From Octopus sinensis (taxonomy: Eukaryota), in NCBI RefSeq assembly GCF_006345805.1, contig NC_042998.1:97774001-97838000 (forward strand): 64,000 bases of DNA, read 5' to 3'. The position numbers and the translations under genes are program-made. This document shows, one piece after another, positions 1 to 14,396 of this stretch. A model generated the notes under the pieces. That model saw only the letters and a program-made list of their open reading frames with translations, had not been told where the DNA came from and made no database searches. Within the stretch, counting starts at the first letter, position 1. Each line of letters opens with the position of its first letter.

Positions 1-569
1 TCTCCCCCACTCTTTGCTTATGCTTCTTTGGCAATGTCCTGCCACTTATATTAATACCTCCGTACCTCAAGGGTATGCCCTGTCATTCTCTTCTTCAACT
101 CGACCATCCCATTTATGTTCTGATCCCTGTCTCTTGTGGGCATGCTCAGCACTTTGTCACCATCACTTTGTCACCAAATAAGTGATAACCAAGATTGTGA
201 TAGCAAGTGAGTGATGGATGTCCATAAAAGAATGACTTGAGGGAGTGGAAATCAAAACTAGCAGTGGCAGAATGCAAATGGAGAGGTGTATTGGATGTTA
301 ACAGATTCAATGTAATCCCTTGTTATCCAGGAGAGAAACTGTTAGAGAGATACAGACACTAGTGGGAAGACTGGATATGGAGAGATGGTAATGTTTTCCC
401 TCATCACATGAGTAGTATAGTACAATGAATAGAAGAGTAGACAATAGAGGGGCGAGAGGGTATTTTAAATAAGCAAGAGGGGTAGTAGAAAGTGACTGGA
501 AATACAAAATTGAAGAAAAGCCTAGCTGTAGATATTTACAGAATGTTCATTGTGTGGTAAGTATATATG

Positions 570-752
570 TATATATATATGTATATGTCTGTGTTTGTCT
601 GCCCACCATTGCTTGACAACTGATGTTGGTGTGTTTATGTCTGATAGAATAAGTACTAGGCCCACAAAGAATAAGTCCTGGGCTTGATTTGTTCAACTAA
701 AGGTGGTGCTCCAGCATGGCCACAGTCAAAATGACTGAAAAATAAAAAATGA
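570..752 (+). mobile_element. 3' half of tRNA-headed SINE (family A)
   Basis: Matches the 3' half of the full copies at 4213-4641 and 55544-56020 (gcttgacaac..gtgtttatgtc..gaataagtactagg..aaggtggtgctccagcatggccacagtc). Confidence 0.75.
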
Positions 753-899
753 AAATTCATTGTATTTTCTAGATGTGTTGTATGCAACCAATGGAGCCCA
801 TGCTGAAGTATTCTGGTGTTTTTAATAAAACTTTATTTGCCAATAAATTTTGCTGAGTTATCCATATTTTTAATTTTTTAATTTATTTTTCTATTGTAC

Positions 900-2950
900 A
901 GATTAATTATGGATGCCTTGTATATTATATATTTCACCCCCCTACTCCATTTCTGATGATAAACAAACTTCATCAGACACTTTGTCCACCTTCCATAAGT
1001 ATTTGCCTTTTCTCCACCAATGCATGTTGCCAATCCTTGTGGAATGCTCTCATCTCCTTCATGAGATACAAAATCTTGATCTGTTTTCACCACTTTGTCC
1101 TAAATCTTCCTTAGCCTGCCTCTTCTATAGCTTTCATTTACCTTCAATGAGTGGCACTTCTTTATACAGCTGTCATCCTTAATGTGCATCACATACCCAT
1201 ATCAGTATGTTATACAGAGAGCATGAATGATGCATCTGATTTCTGTTATATGCAACTTTTCTCTCAGCTCATTTATACCCCATTGCTCATGCGCACAAAC
1301 ATTATACATCTAGCAGAGCATGTCCACAATTTTTCACTCTAGTCTTTGCAAATCCTCTGCATTGTAGGCCCATATCTCACTAACATGCTGCATTGAACCT
1401 TGGTAACAAAAGAATTTCAGCTACTTCTAGGGAGCTTCCCAAGTATTTGAGAGAATCTGTTTTTCATCAGTTCTTAGTGTTTATTATCCTTGTGCATTTA
1501 TCACATTTAACATCTTCCTTCTGTTAGTCTGCCTGTTATTCCTCTACAATTCTTATGCATCTTTACACTGAGAAAATTGTACAAAGTTTAAATACCCCAT
1601 CTCTGCATATCAAGCATGGTCAATTCTAAGAGTATACCAAGATCTTGTCTTTTCTCTTATTCTGTTAAGTCTACTTTAAGGCCTCTTATTTTGTTTCTTT
1701 ATCTGAAATTTAAAAAAAATTACTATAGTTTTGCCTATGAGAACTATATCATCGGCATATAGGAGTTCCCATGGACAAGTGTCTTATACTTTTCTTATAG
1801 TTTAGAAGGGGTTGAGGACTGAGCCCTTATGTGGCCCAAATTTACACAAACTCATCACTATGTTGATTGAAAATTCTTACCATAGTCTGTACAAGCCTTA
1901 CAAGCCATTCATCTACACTTAGCTTGATTAACAACCACCAAATCACAGAGGAAAAGACTCAGTTAAAAGTCTTTTCCAGATTAGTGAAAGCTAGGTAAAG
2001 TGACTTACTCCTTGTTAAGTAGTTTATGGTGGCCTTACCAGGAGCAAAGCTAAACAGCATCCCACCTTAGATAATTTTATCCCTCAGTAATTTTTATATT
2101 TGAGCAATCAACTAGATCTTTATGCAGTTGCATCTCTCTTTCTCTCTTTAGTATATGAGGAGCTGCTGAAAAATTCCTGGTTTTAAGAGTATCATGAAAG
2201 GCCTGGTTGGAGACTCAACCTTCCAAGTTCTTTTACAGGGCTTAGGAAAACTGAAGGACCACTGCAATAAGTGTGTTAATCTGAGAGGGAAATATGCTGA
2301 ATAAAATCCTAATTAACTGATCCTCCTATATTTTCTTTTGCCTTAAGCCAAAAACTTTTGGCACCCCCTCATGTCTCCTTTTCTTTTGTAGTTATTGACA
2401 ATGATATTGCTATACCAGTCATTGGGTTTGTCCACCTGATTAACTATGCATGTGACAAGCACATCATCTATGATGTGCCAGATATTTTTGACATTTCTTT
2501 AACTATACTTGACATGCTGACCTCCCCACCTTCATATCCTTAATCACTTTATCTACCATACTACTGCTATCTTAGATCACTGGCCCCTCTGTTGGTTCTA
2601 CTTGGAGTAGGCCCTCTCTTTCCCATGACATTTTCCACAATGAACAATCTTTCATAATAGCACTTCTATGCCTCTTTATTTTCAATATTGGTTGGTATAA
2701 GTGTGACATTATCATTCTCATTATATTTCCTGCCACCGCCATCTTGATTTTCTCTGGCATACCACCTTTGCAATAAGGAACACCTCATACCTCTTGTCCT
2801 CACATTGCTGAACATGTGCAAACCTCTTACACCCAGTTTATTTTCTCAACAAATATATCTGACATTTGTCTTTTCTTCTTGCTACATGGTATTGCTCTCT
2901 GCTGCCTCCATTCTTCTAGTCTTTCTAAACCTATCTCTTAGCTTTTATGG
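900..2950 (-). mobile_element. Decayed RTE-clade LINE (RT region), interrupted by a short insertion near 2160-2350
   Basis: The minus strand reads CPWELLYADDIVL near 1740-1780 and VEPTEGPVI..DSSMVDKVIKDMK near 2520-2600, colinear with the RTE copy at 46082-48557. Many stops and frameshifts. Confidence 0.8.
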
Positions 2951-3064
2951 CTATATCTGCTGTACCCTTCCACCATAAATCAATGAGTGACGTTATCAAA
3001 CCACCCACAAACTTAGTCTGTAGGCCCTTGGCTGGCTGTATATGTATGTGTGTGTGCATATATA

Positions 3065-3275
3065 CAGGGTGGACCAAAAGCAGGTATACAGTTATTCAGT
3101 TATCTCTTTCGCATTCATATACTAACAGTTTAGATCTTAATTATAAAAAATATGAAACCATTATTCTATGCTAATTTAGTTAATTGTAAGATAGAAATTT
3201 AAATGTAATAAAATGTTTTAAAAGAAATTTAAAGTGCCTACATGATAATTGTAAATCTACTTTTGGGCCCCCCTG
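3065..3275. mobile_element. Tc1/mariner-type MITE
   Basis: Terminal inverted repeats CAGGGTGGACCAAAAG / CTTTTGGGCCCCCCTG, flanked by TA on both sides; no ORF. Confidence 0.7.
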
Positions 3276-3283
3276 TACATCTA

Positions 3284-3389
<106 letters not shown>

Positions 3390-3936
3390 ATATATTATAT
3401 ATATATATATATATATAAAATATATATATTCATACCTATACACACACACACTAAGCCTTTCCTCTGTTCTCTTTTATTTTCTCTATTTATGTCTCAAATG
3501 AATGTGACTAACATGCACACACACACGTACACATTAGTTTGCATTCATATGAAACATAAATAGAAGGAAGAAAAAAGAGAACACCAGGAAGGCGTATTGT
3601 ACATAAACCTGTCCAGACTACAAATTTTTCTCTAAATCTTTACAATGGTACTACACAACTTTAAATTATTCAAGTTAAACAAATCCAGTGACCAAATAAT
3701 AAGTACTGGGCTTGTCTAAATTCTTTACAATGTCTACAGAGTAAATGAATTCATATAGGCAGTAGATGGTCGGTTAGTTGGTTGGTTCGTTGGTTGGTTG
3801 GTTGGCTGGTTCAGTCATGAGATGGTGACAGTAAAAGAAATTATAAATATCCAGTATAATTATTTGGTATATAATTATTTGAATTTAACTAATACATAGA
3901 ATGAATAGTGAGGTGAATGAAATATTTTTACTTTAA

Positions 3937-4152
3937 CCCTTTAGCATTCAGATTAATCTATCAAATGTAATGCTTATTTATTCATATTGTTTTGAATTAA
4001 TCATACATTGCCTTGTAGATTTGATATTTCAATGATGTGATTGTTTATTTTTAGAATATCATTATAGGGTAGGTGTGAGAGGGCAGATCCAGACAGTTTG
4101 AACATAAAACAGAATATTTTGGTCAGATTTGGCTGGTTTAAATGCTAATGGA
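3937..4152. mobile_element. piggyBac-type MITE
   Basis: TTAA-CCCTTTAGCATT...AATGCTAATGGA-TTAA; same family at 17504, 56637 and 63352. Confidence 0.75.
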
Positions 4153-4212
4153 TTAATCCCGTCAACCTGCAACCATATTGTTCTGAGCACAATTTCATTG
4201 GACTATATCCTT

Positions 4213-4440
4213 CTCTTTTACTCTTTACTCTTTTATTTGTTTCAGTCATTCAACTGTGGCCATGCTGGAGCACCGCCTTTAGTCGAGCAAATCGACCCCG
4301 GGACTTATTCTTTGTAAGCCCAGTACTTATTCTATCGGTCTCTTTTGCCGAACCGCTAAGTGACGGGGACGTAAACACACCAGCATCGGTTGTCAAGCAA
4401 TGCTAGGGGGACAAACACATACACACAAACACACACACAC

Positions 4441-4471
<31 letters not shown>

Positions 4472-4641
4472 CATATATACAACAAGCTTCTTTCAGTTTC
4501 GTCTACCAAATCCACTCACAAGGCATTGGTTGGCCCGGGGCTATAGCAGAAGACACTTGCCCAAGATGCCACGCAGTGGGACTGAACCCAGAACCATGTG
4601 GTTGGTTAGCAAGCTACTTACCACACAGCCACTCCTGCGCC
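4213..4641 (-). mobile_element. tRNA-headed SINE (family A), full length
   Basis: The minus strand begins GGCGCAGGAGTGGCTGTGTGG with a B-box-like GGTTCAGTCCC, has an internal (TG)/(TA) tract and a (AAGAGTA)-like tail. Confidence 0.85.
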
Positions 4642-5874
4642 TATAGAAGATTTTGTTTTTAACATCTATCAAGCCATAAACACAAAACCAAGTGGTGCCA
4701 ACTTTTGCATCTTCCAGGAGTATGTTTTAATTCCTCTAACCCCATGTAGAGCATGGATCACCATTGCCATCTGCTTCAGTCTTTGGCAATGGACTGCAGT
4801 TGTCCCCAAGTGTAGCTGTCTAGTAGTGCTTCAGTATCTATGGACCTTCATGTTGTTTTTTGTTTGTCATGCCTCCACCTCCCTTTGCATATCCATTGTA
4901 ATGTTTGAAGCAGGTTTCTGTAAGATGTCACCTGCCCAAATCCATCTTCTCTTTTTGATCTAGATTTTGATAGGTTGCAAAGATCACCTATTCCCACAAG
5001 GTTTTGTTTCTGTGTCTGTCTTGCCATATCACCCAAAAGATATTCAAGAGTCATCAATTCACAAATTTTTGAGCTTGTCAATGGATAATTTTGTTGATTC
5101 TACATGTTTTACACATGTACAGCAGAGTCATCTTCATGTTTTTGTTAAAGATCTTTCCAGGGTTGTAGTTAAATAAAATTATACCTGCTAAAGCCTCCTC
5201 ACAGGTTCAAAGGTTAAGTACCTCATGTTTTCCTACTTACTACTCCAAGTCCCCTCCTCTCTACCATTTTTTCATGCAGTCCCGTCTGCCATAAAACCTA
5301 TAATTTTATATTGAACTCTCTAAATGATCAATATGCCTGCAAGGTGATGAATTGGCTGAGTTGTTTGAATATCAGATACTTGTACTGTTTGTTTTGACAC
5401 TTTGAGTTCAAACCTCATTGATGCCAACTTTACTTTTCATGATTTTGGGACTGAAAAGAAGGTACCAATACAGTGCAGCAATATCTCATGCAACTGTGAG
5501 AATGTTGGACAGGAAACTTTGTGGTATTTATCCTGAGTTCTTATTCTGCCATATCTTGCTGTAGTGGTTGATTTGATCTTTTATCTGGTTTAACATCAGT
5601 CCCTGAGGTACTCCAACACAAGAGGGTGATAAGAAACTATCCTTAAAACAGGATGTTGCCCAAGTGCTTGCAACTGAAAGAACTCTACTAAAGGCATCCA
5701 ACATGTAGTGGTGTTAAATTGGACATTGAATGTAGCCTACTACTCAAGTACACCTTATGTGCATGCATGCATGTATGTATGTATGTATGTATGTATGTAT
5801 GTATGTATGTATGTACATATATATAGAGAGAAACGCACATGCACACATATATATTTTAATATTTGTTTCCATGT

Positions 5875-6150
5875 TCATCATCATCATCATCATTTAACGT
5901 CTGTTTTCCATGCTGGTATGGGTTGGATGGTTTGACTGGGCTGGCATACTGGAAGGCTGCACCAGACTCCAGCCTGATTTGACATGGTTTTCTACAGCTG
6001 GATGCCCTTCCTAATACCAACCACTCTGAGAGCCTAATGGGTGCTTTTATGTGCCACCAGCATGGGTGCCAGTTTGCGTGACACCAGTATCTGCTATGAA
6101 TGCAATTTTGCTCGGCTTGATGGGTCTTCTCAAGCATGGCATAATGCCAT
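5875..6150 (-). mobile_element. RTE LINE 3' end fragment with (GAT)n tail
   Basis: Reverse complement of the 3' UTR of the 46082-48557 LINE (tggttggtattaggaagggcatccagctg...cagacgttaaatgatgatg). Confidence 0.75.
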
Positions 6151-6794
6151 TATAATAAAAATAATCGAATGGGTTACTTGCACTTTTGTAGAATACAAAT
6201 TTATCATCCATAAACAAGAAAGTTGCTGATTGTGATTGCGAAGTTTCAACCAGCTAAGCCATCATTGGATTGCTGATATATATATTTTCTAACCCATGCT
6301 AGCCCTAAAAAATGTCTGTAAAATGAACAAACAAATAACAATGTGTGTGTGTGTGTGTGTGCGTGCGTGCATGAGTGTGTGCATGCATGTGATTATATGT
6401 ACATACATACAAATCCATACATAATCACTATTTCTATTTTATAGACTCGCATAGAATAAGATGTCTTTAAAAATTAGCTCAATCAACAGAAGCAAACACA
6501 TATGTCATGTAACTGATATGCTCTCACTCCTGCTGCAATAAATCTGTTGCAATTCAGTAACATGATCTATAAGTTAGAAAAAACTGACTTATATGAAGAA
6601 TGTTTGTTCATTCTTTCATGTAGCCAAAAGTTGGTGTTACATCTTGAAATGTCATGTTTTTTTTTTTATATATATAATGAGAAAGAAAGTAGAAAGCCAA
6701 TACAAAGAACTTACTTTGTTGTTTTAATCTTTAACTTCTGTCAGATAGAAGTCCTGAACTGTGATAAGAGCAGAGGTGGTGACAATAGATTTTT

Positions 6795-7100
6795 ATTTAT
6801 TTATGCACCCTTTTCAAGCCAAGCCAGGCTCATGGGCCCGGTTTCTGTGGTGTATGTGTTCCCTGCTAGCTGGACGGGACGCCAGTCCATCGCGGCATTA
6901 CTCAAGAAGCATGAAGAGAGAGTGAGAGAAAGTTGGGGCAAAAGAGTACAACAGGGGTTACCACTACCCCCTGCTGGAGCTTCGTGGAGCTTTAGGCATT
7001 TTGGCTCAATAAACACACACAATGCCCAGTCTTGGAATCGAAACCGCTATCCTCCGACTGGAAGTCCACTGCCCTAACCACTGGGCCATTGCACCTCCAG
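6795..7100 (-). mobile_element. tRNA-headed SINE (family C-like)
   Basis: tRNA-like head on the minus strand (cagtggttagggcagtggac..ggtttcgattcc); body shared with 52345-52720. Confidence 0.6.
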
Positions 7101-7666
7101 TGACAATAGATTACTTATTTTATTTATTTAATCAGTTTAAACATTGGCTGGCTGTGTGGTAAAAAGTTTGCTTACCATCCTTACAGCTTGAGGTTCAGTC
7201 CTACTGTGGCAACCTTGGGTAAGTGGCTTCTATAATAGCCCCAGGCTGACTAAAGCCTTGTGAGGGGATTTGATAGACAGAAACTGAAAGTTGCATGTGT
7301 ATGTGTATGTGTGTGTATTATGTAATATGTTAAGAGGTAAGATCCAAGGATCAAGGTGTAGGAAGTTAGTAAGCTTTGAGCATTCTGTGGAAGGTATAAA
7401 AGACAACTTTCAGGAACAGTAGTTTATTGATATAGAAGATTGTAAGTTTTTCCCATATCGATGTTCAATAAGCTGGAAAATGTTATTTTAAAATTCACAG
7501 TTAGCAGCTGGGGTTGCTGTTTAGGCAAATAAAAATCCCAAATTAGGGAAAAGTGTATGTGTATATATGTATGCATACAGATAAATAGACAAAATAGATA
7601 GATAGATATATGTAAATATATATATATATATATATATATGCATATCCATCCATCCATCCAGCCAGC

Positions 7667-9030
7667 CAGTGGTACTTTGACTTACAAATATCCCAACTAA
7701 TGAGTTTTTTTAGATACAAGCCATGTCTTGGTCGATTTTTTGCTTTGAGTTGTGAGCTAAAATTTGTGTTACGAGCTATCTTCATATACCCCACTGTAGC
7801 GAGTGCCACAGTGAATGTTGTAACATCCATCCAGCATCCCATGTCTCACTCGATAGCTCGACAGACATGCATGTTAGCAAGTGCAAAGATCATTAGTAGA
7901 TCGACAGCTAGACAAACATGCACATTAGCAAGTGGCTCATTAGCTTACTTAGTTGTTGCAGGCTACAGAAGCATCAGTGTTGTGCTCGCAATTGTGCTTG
8001 CAGTTATTTTTGCAAAACTTCGTTTTTCCAACCATTGGTCCTAAAAAAGCGAGGGTGAAGAACAGTGCTGAGAAAAAAAAGAAGTGGATGATGTTCATTG
8101 AATTAAAGAAAGAAATTATCATGACCAAGGTGTGCATGTAGTCAACTTGGTGAAGCAGTATAAGTGTAGCACTTCTATGATCTGTACCATACTGAAGCAG
8201 GAGTCAATAAAGGCTATAATGTCAACCAAGGATGTTAAAATAATTTCTAAACAGTGGATATCCATTGGTGAAAATATGGAGAAGCTGCTGATGGTGTGGT
8301 TGACAGAAAAGCAGTTCACAGGAGATACCATGACGGAAGTTATAATCTGCGAGAAGGCACGAGATCTGTAGGCTGATTTGTTACAGCAGACCCCAGGTAT
8401 TTGTACGGACAAGGCATTGGGTAAGCTGTTTAAAGCCAGTCGGAGCTGGTTGGAGAATTTTAAAAAGTGGACTGGCATTCACTCCCTTGTCAGGCATGAT
8501 GAGTGAGTGAGTGCAGATATGAAGGCAGCTGAGGATTATCTCAAAACTTTTGCTGAATTATTGCAGCCGAAGGATACATCCCCCAGCAAGTCTTCAACTG
8601 TGACAAGATAGGACTTGTTGGAAGAAGATGCCAAAGAAAAGAGGATGCCAGGCCACAAACCCATGAAGGATAAGTTAACCCTTACACTGTGCGCCAATGT
8701 GAGTGGTGACTGCGAGATTAAGCTGCTGCTTGTTTATCATTTGGAAAATGATAAATGAGCCTTGAAGTTACATAAGATTCTGAAAACAAAACTGCAGGTT
8801 ATGTGAAGGGCAAACCTGAAGACGTGGGTCACAAGGCAGTTCTTTGTGGAGTGGCTGAATTTGATCTTTGGTCCTGTTGTGTAGAAATATCTCCAGGAAA
8901 ATAACCTATTCCTGCAAGCTCTTCTCAACCTGGACAATGCACCTACTCACCCACCTAACTTTGAAGATGACATCCTTGAAGAGTTCAAGTTTATAAAGGT
9001 TCTCTACCTTCCACCCAACACCACCCTCGA
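7667..9030 (+). mobile_element. pogo/Tigger DNA transposon relic (HTH-psq, CENP-B HTH, DDE_1 transposase pseudogene), 3' truncated
   Basis: Piecewise translation gives GPKKA..IELKKEII, MEKLLMVWLTEKQ..GDT..IICEKA, FKASRSWLENFK, QQVFNCD, HKPMKDKLTL..CANVSGD, LDNAPTHP and LYLPPNTT. TIR-like CAGTGGTACTTTGACTT at 7667. Stops and frameshifts present. Confidence 0.9.
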
Positions 9031-9899
9031 AGGTGGTGCTCCAGCATGGCCACACTCCAATGGCTGTCTTAGTAACATACAATGCTAAGTTGCAAAGTGT
9101 AGTTATTTTCAATGATTTTTTATTCCAAGCATTACTTTGTATTTTCTACATACTAGATGCGATTCAGACAAAATACAGTTGCTTCAAGACAAAGTAAGCA
9201 TTCTTTACTCACTATTGTTTGGCACACCTTTAAAACAATCTATAAGCCAAATAGCCATGTTTCTTTCTTTCTCTTCCTTCCTTCCTTCCTGCCTTCCTTC
9301 CTTCCTTCCTTCCTTCCCTAATTTTTTGGACATTTGGCATGTAATCTTTCTCACCAGTTTACATAATCTTTTATTGTTCAATTTAGAAATCTGCATTTCC
9401 CATTTGCATAAACAAAATGTTAAAGAAAAGACTGAGTATGACTTAGCATACTTTTGTAAAGGCTTTAAAATTTCTATGCATTTTCAAGTAGTCACTGACA
9501 TCCACTTATCTGTCCAATAAACCATTAAAGATATGACTGGAGAAGGGATGGGCTGCACCAATATTTGGTTGGTGCTCATTTCAACAGAGTAGATAAGATC
9601 ATCGTTGTCATCATAATGATAATAATAATTTTAATGCCCACTTTTCCATGCTTGCATCGATTGGATGGAATTTCTTGAGACTGATTTTCTATGGCTGGAT
9701 ACCCTTCTTGCTGTCAATCTTCACTCACTTCTAAGCAAGGCAATATTTCTTTGTGGCCAGTCATGTTTCTACACAAGACTGGACATGAATGACACAGCTT
9801 GCATGATGCTGACACTCATTCACAACTACCATGCAGTGTCAAAGCATGGAAGCAGTAACACACTCTCACACATGCACACACACACACGCACACATACAT

Positions 9900-9954
<55 letters not shown>

Positions 9955-10453
9955 TGCACACACATGCACACACAGACTTCCATTCATACATATGCATATT
10001 TAATGAACGTCTTTTAGTTTCCATCGACCAAATCCACTCACAAGGCTTTGGTTGGACCAGAGCAATAGAAGACACATGCCCAAGGTACCATATTGTGGGA
10101 CAGAACCTTGAAGCATTTGGTTGGTAAGCAAACTTTTTACAATGCAGCCAAGCCTATGCTTATAGATGAAATGAAATGCTTTGCTCAAGGACACAACACT
10201 TGGTCCAAAAATGGAATCCAAAATCTTATGATCATGAACCCAACACCTTAACCACCTAACTATTAGGTCATATGTCTTCATAAAAAGAAAAGAAAAAATA
10301 TCAAACTGTTAACATTTACTATTAGATAATTAGATAATGAATATTAATCTTCTGAGAGAGATGTGAAGGATGTTAGTCTTTTTTTGTAAGCTATGACATA
10401 AATTACTAAAGAGTATGCATACATATTTATACATACATACATACATACATACA

Positions 10454-10540
<87 letters not shown>

Positions 10541-11102
10541 CAATAAGAAAATGGGGGGGATCAATAGGTGGTATTCATCAACTTTTAGACATTATATTAT
10601 GCCAATTTATTTATTTATTTATTTACTAAAAGGATAATTAACATACAGGAATGGAAATTGGGATAATATCTAACAGCTGTTTCAGTCAAGAGACAAAACT
10701 ACCTCATTTTACCTTTATCCTTCCTGCAGACTGAAGTAATTAGTAGATGAAATTGAGGTACTTGGGTGTTTCTCTAGGCTTCGTCAGAGATTTTAGAAAG
10801 TACATAAGGTTAAGTTATAAATATAAATTAACCTTATATACATACATATACATAAATATACATATACATATACCTACATTTAAATGTGCATGCATATTTG
10901 CATGTATATACATACAAAAGAATCAATTATTATTATTATTATTATTAGATGCATTATATTGTTCATATTAGATAAATATAAAGAGAGGTATGAGAAAGTT
11001 ATAAGTGGAGTAATATTGTAATTTATAAAATCAATATATCTTAAAGTTATTTTAGTTATGTAAGAATGAAGTTGCTTATACATGAGGAACATACATATAT
11101 AT

Positions 11103-11134
<32 letters not shown>

Positions 11135-11333
11135 TTCTGCTCAAACATACTCATAGGTACATACGTATTAGATGAGTTTAGAAGGGAGGATTAATGTAGT
11201 AGTTAGTATCATTATAATTATATAATATATTTATAACAGTAATACACAAACATATATATATATTTTCATATAAACATGTGATATGTTTATTTCTCCATTA
11301 TTGTTTTCTTTATGCAGTAATATATATACATAT

Positions 11334-11387
<54 letters not shown>

Positions 11388-11472
11388 ATATGTATATATG
11401 TATATATATATGCATATATATGTATGTATACACACACACACACACACACACACACGTATGTATGTATGTATA

Positions 11473-11832
11473 TTCTTCTTTTATTCTTTTACTTGTTTCT
11501 GTCATTTGATGCGGCCATGCTACAATACTGCCTTTAGTCGAGCAAATCGACCCCTGGACTTATTCTTTGTAAGCCTAGTACTTATTCTATTGGTCTCTTT
11601 TGCTGAACTGCTAAGTTATAGGGACGTAAACACACACACACACACACACACACACACCACACACACACACACACCACACACACACATATAGATATACGAT
11701 GGGCTTCTTTCAGTTTCTATCTACCAAATCCACTTACAAGGATTTGGTCAGCCCGAAGCTATAGTAAAAGACACTTGCCAAAGGTCCCCTGCTATGGAAC
11801 TGAACCTGGAACCATATGGTTGGTAAGCAAAT
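11473..11832 (-). mobile_element. tRNA-headed SINE (family A), diverged
   Basis: Colinear with 4213-4641. Confidence 0.75.
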
Positions 11833-12131
11833 ATACATATATACTGGTTTCAAATTTTGGTATAATCCCACCAATTTCAGGTGAGTGTGTTACATCTAGC
11901 CTAATGCTCAACTGGTATTTATTTTACCATCCTATAAACATATATGTTTATACATGCATATAAATATATATGTTTATATGTATTTAATTATTTTATAAAA
12001 CCATCAAACCCATGGTCAGCATGGAAAATGGATGTTAAATGATGATGATGATGATATACCATCCATCATGGAAAACAGAAGCTAAATGATGATGATCATG
12101 AAATATATATATATATATATATCATCATATA

Positions 12132-12182
12132 TGTTTTTTTTTCTTTCTTCCCTTCTTTCCTAAATCTAATTCCATTTCAGCT
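12132..12182 (+). repeat. 51-bp direct repeat, copy 1 (copy 2 at 14397-14447)
   Basis: TG(T)9CTTTCTTCCCTTCTTTCCTAAATCTAATTCCATTTCAGCT is identical at both positions. Confidence 0.95.
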
Positions 12183-13510
12183 TAACATCTGCCTTCCATG
12201 TTGTCATGGGTGGGACAGTTTGACAGGGGCTGGCCAGGCAGAAGCCTGCACCAGACTTCTGTGTCTGTTTTGGCAGGATTTTTACAGCTGAATGCCCTTC
12301 CTAACACCAACAACTCAGCAGAGTGGACTTAGAGCTTTTTACGTGGTACAAGCACAGGTGAGGTCAATTTTGGTAAGGTTTTTTTACAGCTGGATGCCCT
12401 TCCAAACACCAACCACTTTTCAGTGTGGACTGGATGCTTTTTAAGTGGCACCTGCACTGACAGGGTCACCAAGTCACTTGCAAGACAAAAATCTTTTGAG
12501 AGGGCAGGGGGCTTGGAGGAGATGATCTTGTGTCAGAAGATGAAAGGTTATAGTAAGACAGAGAGATAGAAATGGATGTCTTGCTGTAGGGGAGGTACAA
12601 GGTTACCCAGCTGGGAGGAGAGAGAGAGGGAGGGAGGGAGGGAGAGAGATTGGGAATGAAGACTGAAACCGGTGTGCTGCCACAAAGGAAATTCATGGTT
12701 ACCCAACTGGAGAGAAGTGCAGGAGGAGAGAGAGTGGGAGACAGCAGGACAGAGATGGTGGCAAAGTGCCAGGCATACCCCCAAGGGATGGAGATCAGAG
12801 TATAAATGGGATGGTTGAATAAAGGGAGTGAGAGGTATGGACGGTGGCAAGTGTCAGCGCATACCCTTGAGGTTCAAATGTCATAATATAAGTGGCAAGA
12901 TATTGCAAAAGAAGCATGATTAGAGAGTGCAGAGAGGTGGGGCAGTGAGTGGCGAAAACCTGGGGCTACTGAATAGCAATGATACAGAGAAACAGGGCTG
13001 TGAGGACAGGATTGGGTAGTGAGAGGTAGGCATAGTGTATGAGAGAGGAAATGTGAAGAAATGAAGACATGTGGGGATGTAGATTGGTTTGTTGGGGTAG
13101 GGTGTATGAAAAGTTTTCTTGTTACATGTGGGTGGAACACACAGGTTGGAGTCTAACAGATAGCAATGATACAGTGAAACAAGGCATATGGATGGAACAT
13201 ACAGGTTGTGGGGTTAGCAGAGAGCAATGATACAGTGAGACAAGACTAAGAGGGCGGTAGGGTGTGTGAGAAGTTTTTTTGTTAAGTGTGGACACACAGC
13301 ACTTTTAGAACTCAACTTCGTTGATGTGGGTGCGTCTGCTCAAGAACCTCATATCACTAGACATCTCAGTCTATTGTCATTTCCTCTGTGAGGCCCAAAT
13401 CCTGAGGTCAGTCCTCACCACTTCATTCCACATCTTTCTGGGTCTCTCTCTTCCGCAGGTACCATCACTTCTTTATGCTGCTATCCTCATTCATACGCAT
13501 CACATGTCCA
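12183..13510 (-). mobile_element. 5'-truncated RTE-type LINE fragment (RT C-terminus plus long 3' region)
   Basis: The minus strand at 13330-13510 reads WFGHV..RMNEDS...GTCGRERPRKMWNEVVRTDL..LGLTEE. The 12183-12600 part is homologous to 51055-51460 and carries the ggaagggcatccagctg motif. Confidence 0.7.
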
Positions 13511-14128
13511 AACCAATATTTGACGGTTGTTCATCTTTGGTGTTAGAAGGAGTTTTGTTGGTCTCTTGCTCAACTGTGCCCCACACATAATAATCAAGGA
13601 GGTCGCTGTCTGGGGTGATGTGGTTACAGAAATTGTCTGACAACTATGACTGGATTCTCCAGCTTATGTGGTATGGTGTAGAGTCCTGTTGCCAGACATA
13701 GGGTCTTCCAGCAGCAACTTTCTTGACCCATAGCAGCACTACCTCCTCCATGCACTTGATGTAGGCCTCCATGTTGAGTCTGAGGCTGTGTGGGAAGATG
13801 GATGGAGCCATCACTAGTGATCACTCCAAACACCATAATGTTGACTGGATGTTTGGTTTTTATCACTCTTGGCACATGTCCTCAGATTGACACCCAAACA
13901 CCCTGAAATATTCATATTGGAGCTTCCGGTTCACATGCCAAGCAGTACAGCATGTTGTTTCAAACGTCTGGCAGAGTGAATTTCATCGTGGTGCTGTTTT
14001 TCTCACAGACAGTGCCCAACTGACCCAACTGACCCTACTATACTGTGTAGTTGACAAAATAAAAAACAAACAATGTGCATGGGCAAAATTAAAAATATAA
14101 ACTAGTGACAATTTACCCATTGCACCTG
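13511..14128 (-). mobile_element. Tc1/mariner-superfamily transposase relic, internally deleted
   Basis: The minus strand reads KTKHPVNIMVFGVITSDG and, in a second frame, YIKCMEEV..RPYVWQQDSTPYH...QSWLSDNFC. TIR-like CAGGTGCAATGGGTAAATTG ends at 14128 next to TA. No second TIR seen. Confidence 0.8.
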
Positions 14129-14396
14129 TATATACATAAATACACACACACACACAATGTTGGGGATATAATTAATTAAGCTACAGTTTTTAGTTAAAGA
14201 TTTTCAGACAATCAAAACAAAAACATTTTCTTTTGTCACTTTCTGCACCCCCTCCCAACATTTTACTGCCAATTAAAACAATTTATTAACATTCTAAATT
14301 TTAATAATTTTTTTGTCAACATTACTATATACCCTTCATCTCTAACGAAACCAATGACAAAAGACAAGATCAATTTTTAATGAGCTTTATTCTTTC

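Noticed and set aside
4600-4641. tRNA-like sequences at SINE heads (also near 20991, 35575, 37620, 55544)
   Set aside because: They have A/B-box-like motifs but no complete cloverleaf, and each continues into a SINE body; not tRNA genes.
6547-7077. 176-aa ORF
   Set aside because: Runs from AT-rich unique DNA into a SINE; no domain signature.
10660-10790. Hammerhead-like fragments on the minus strand (GAAACAGCTGTTA; CTGACGA..GAAAC)
   Set aside because: The first lacks the CUGANGA box (AAAAUGA); the second has no pairing stems I or II. At most highly decayed relics.
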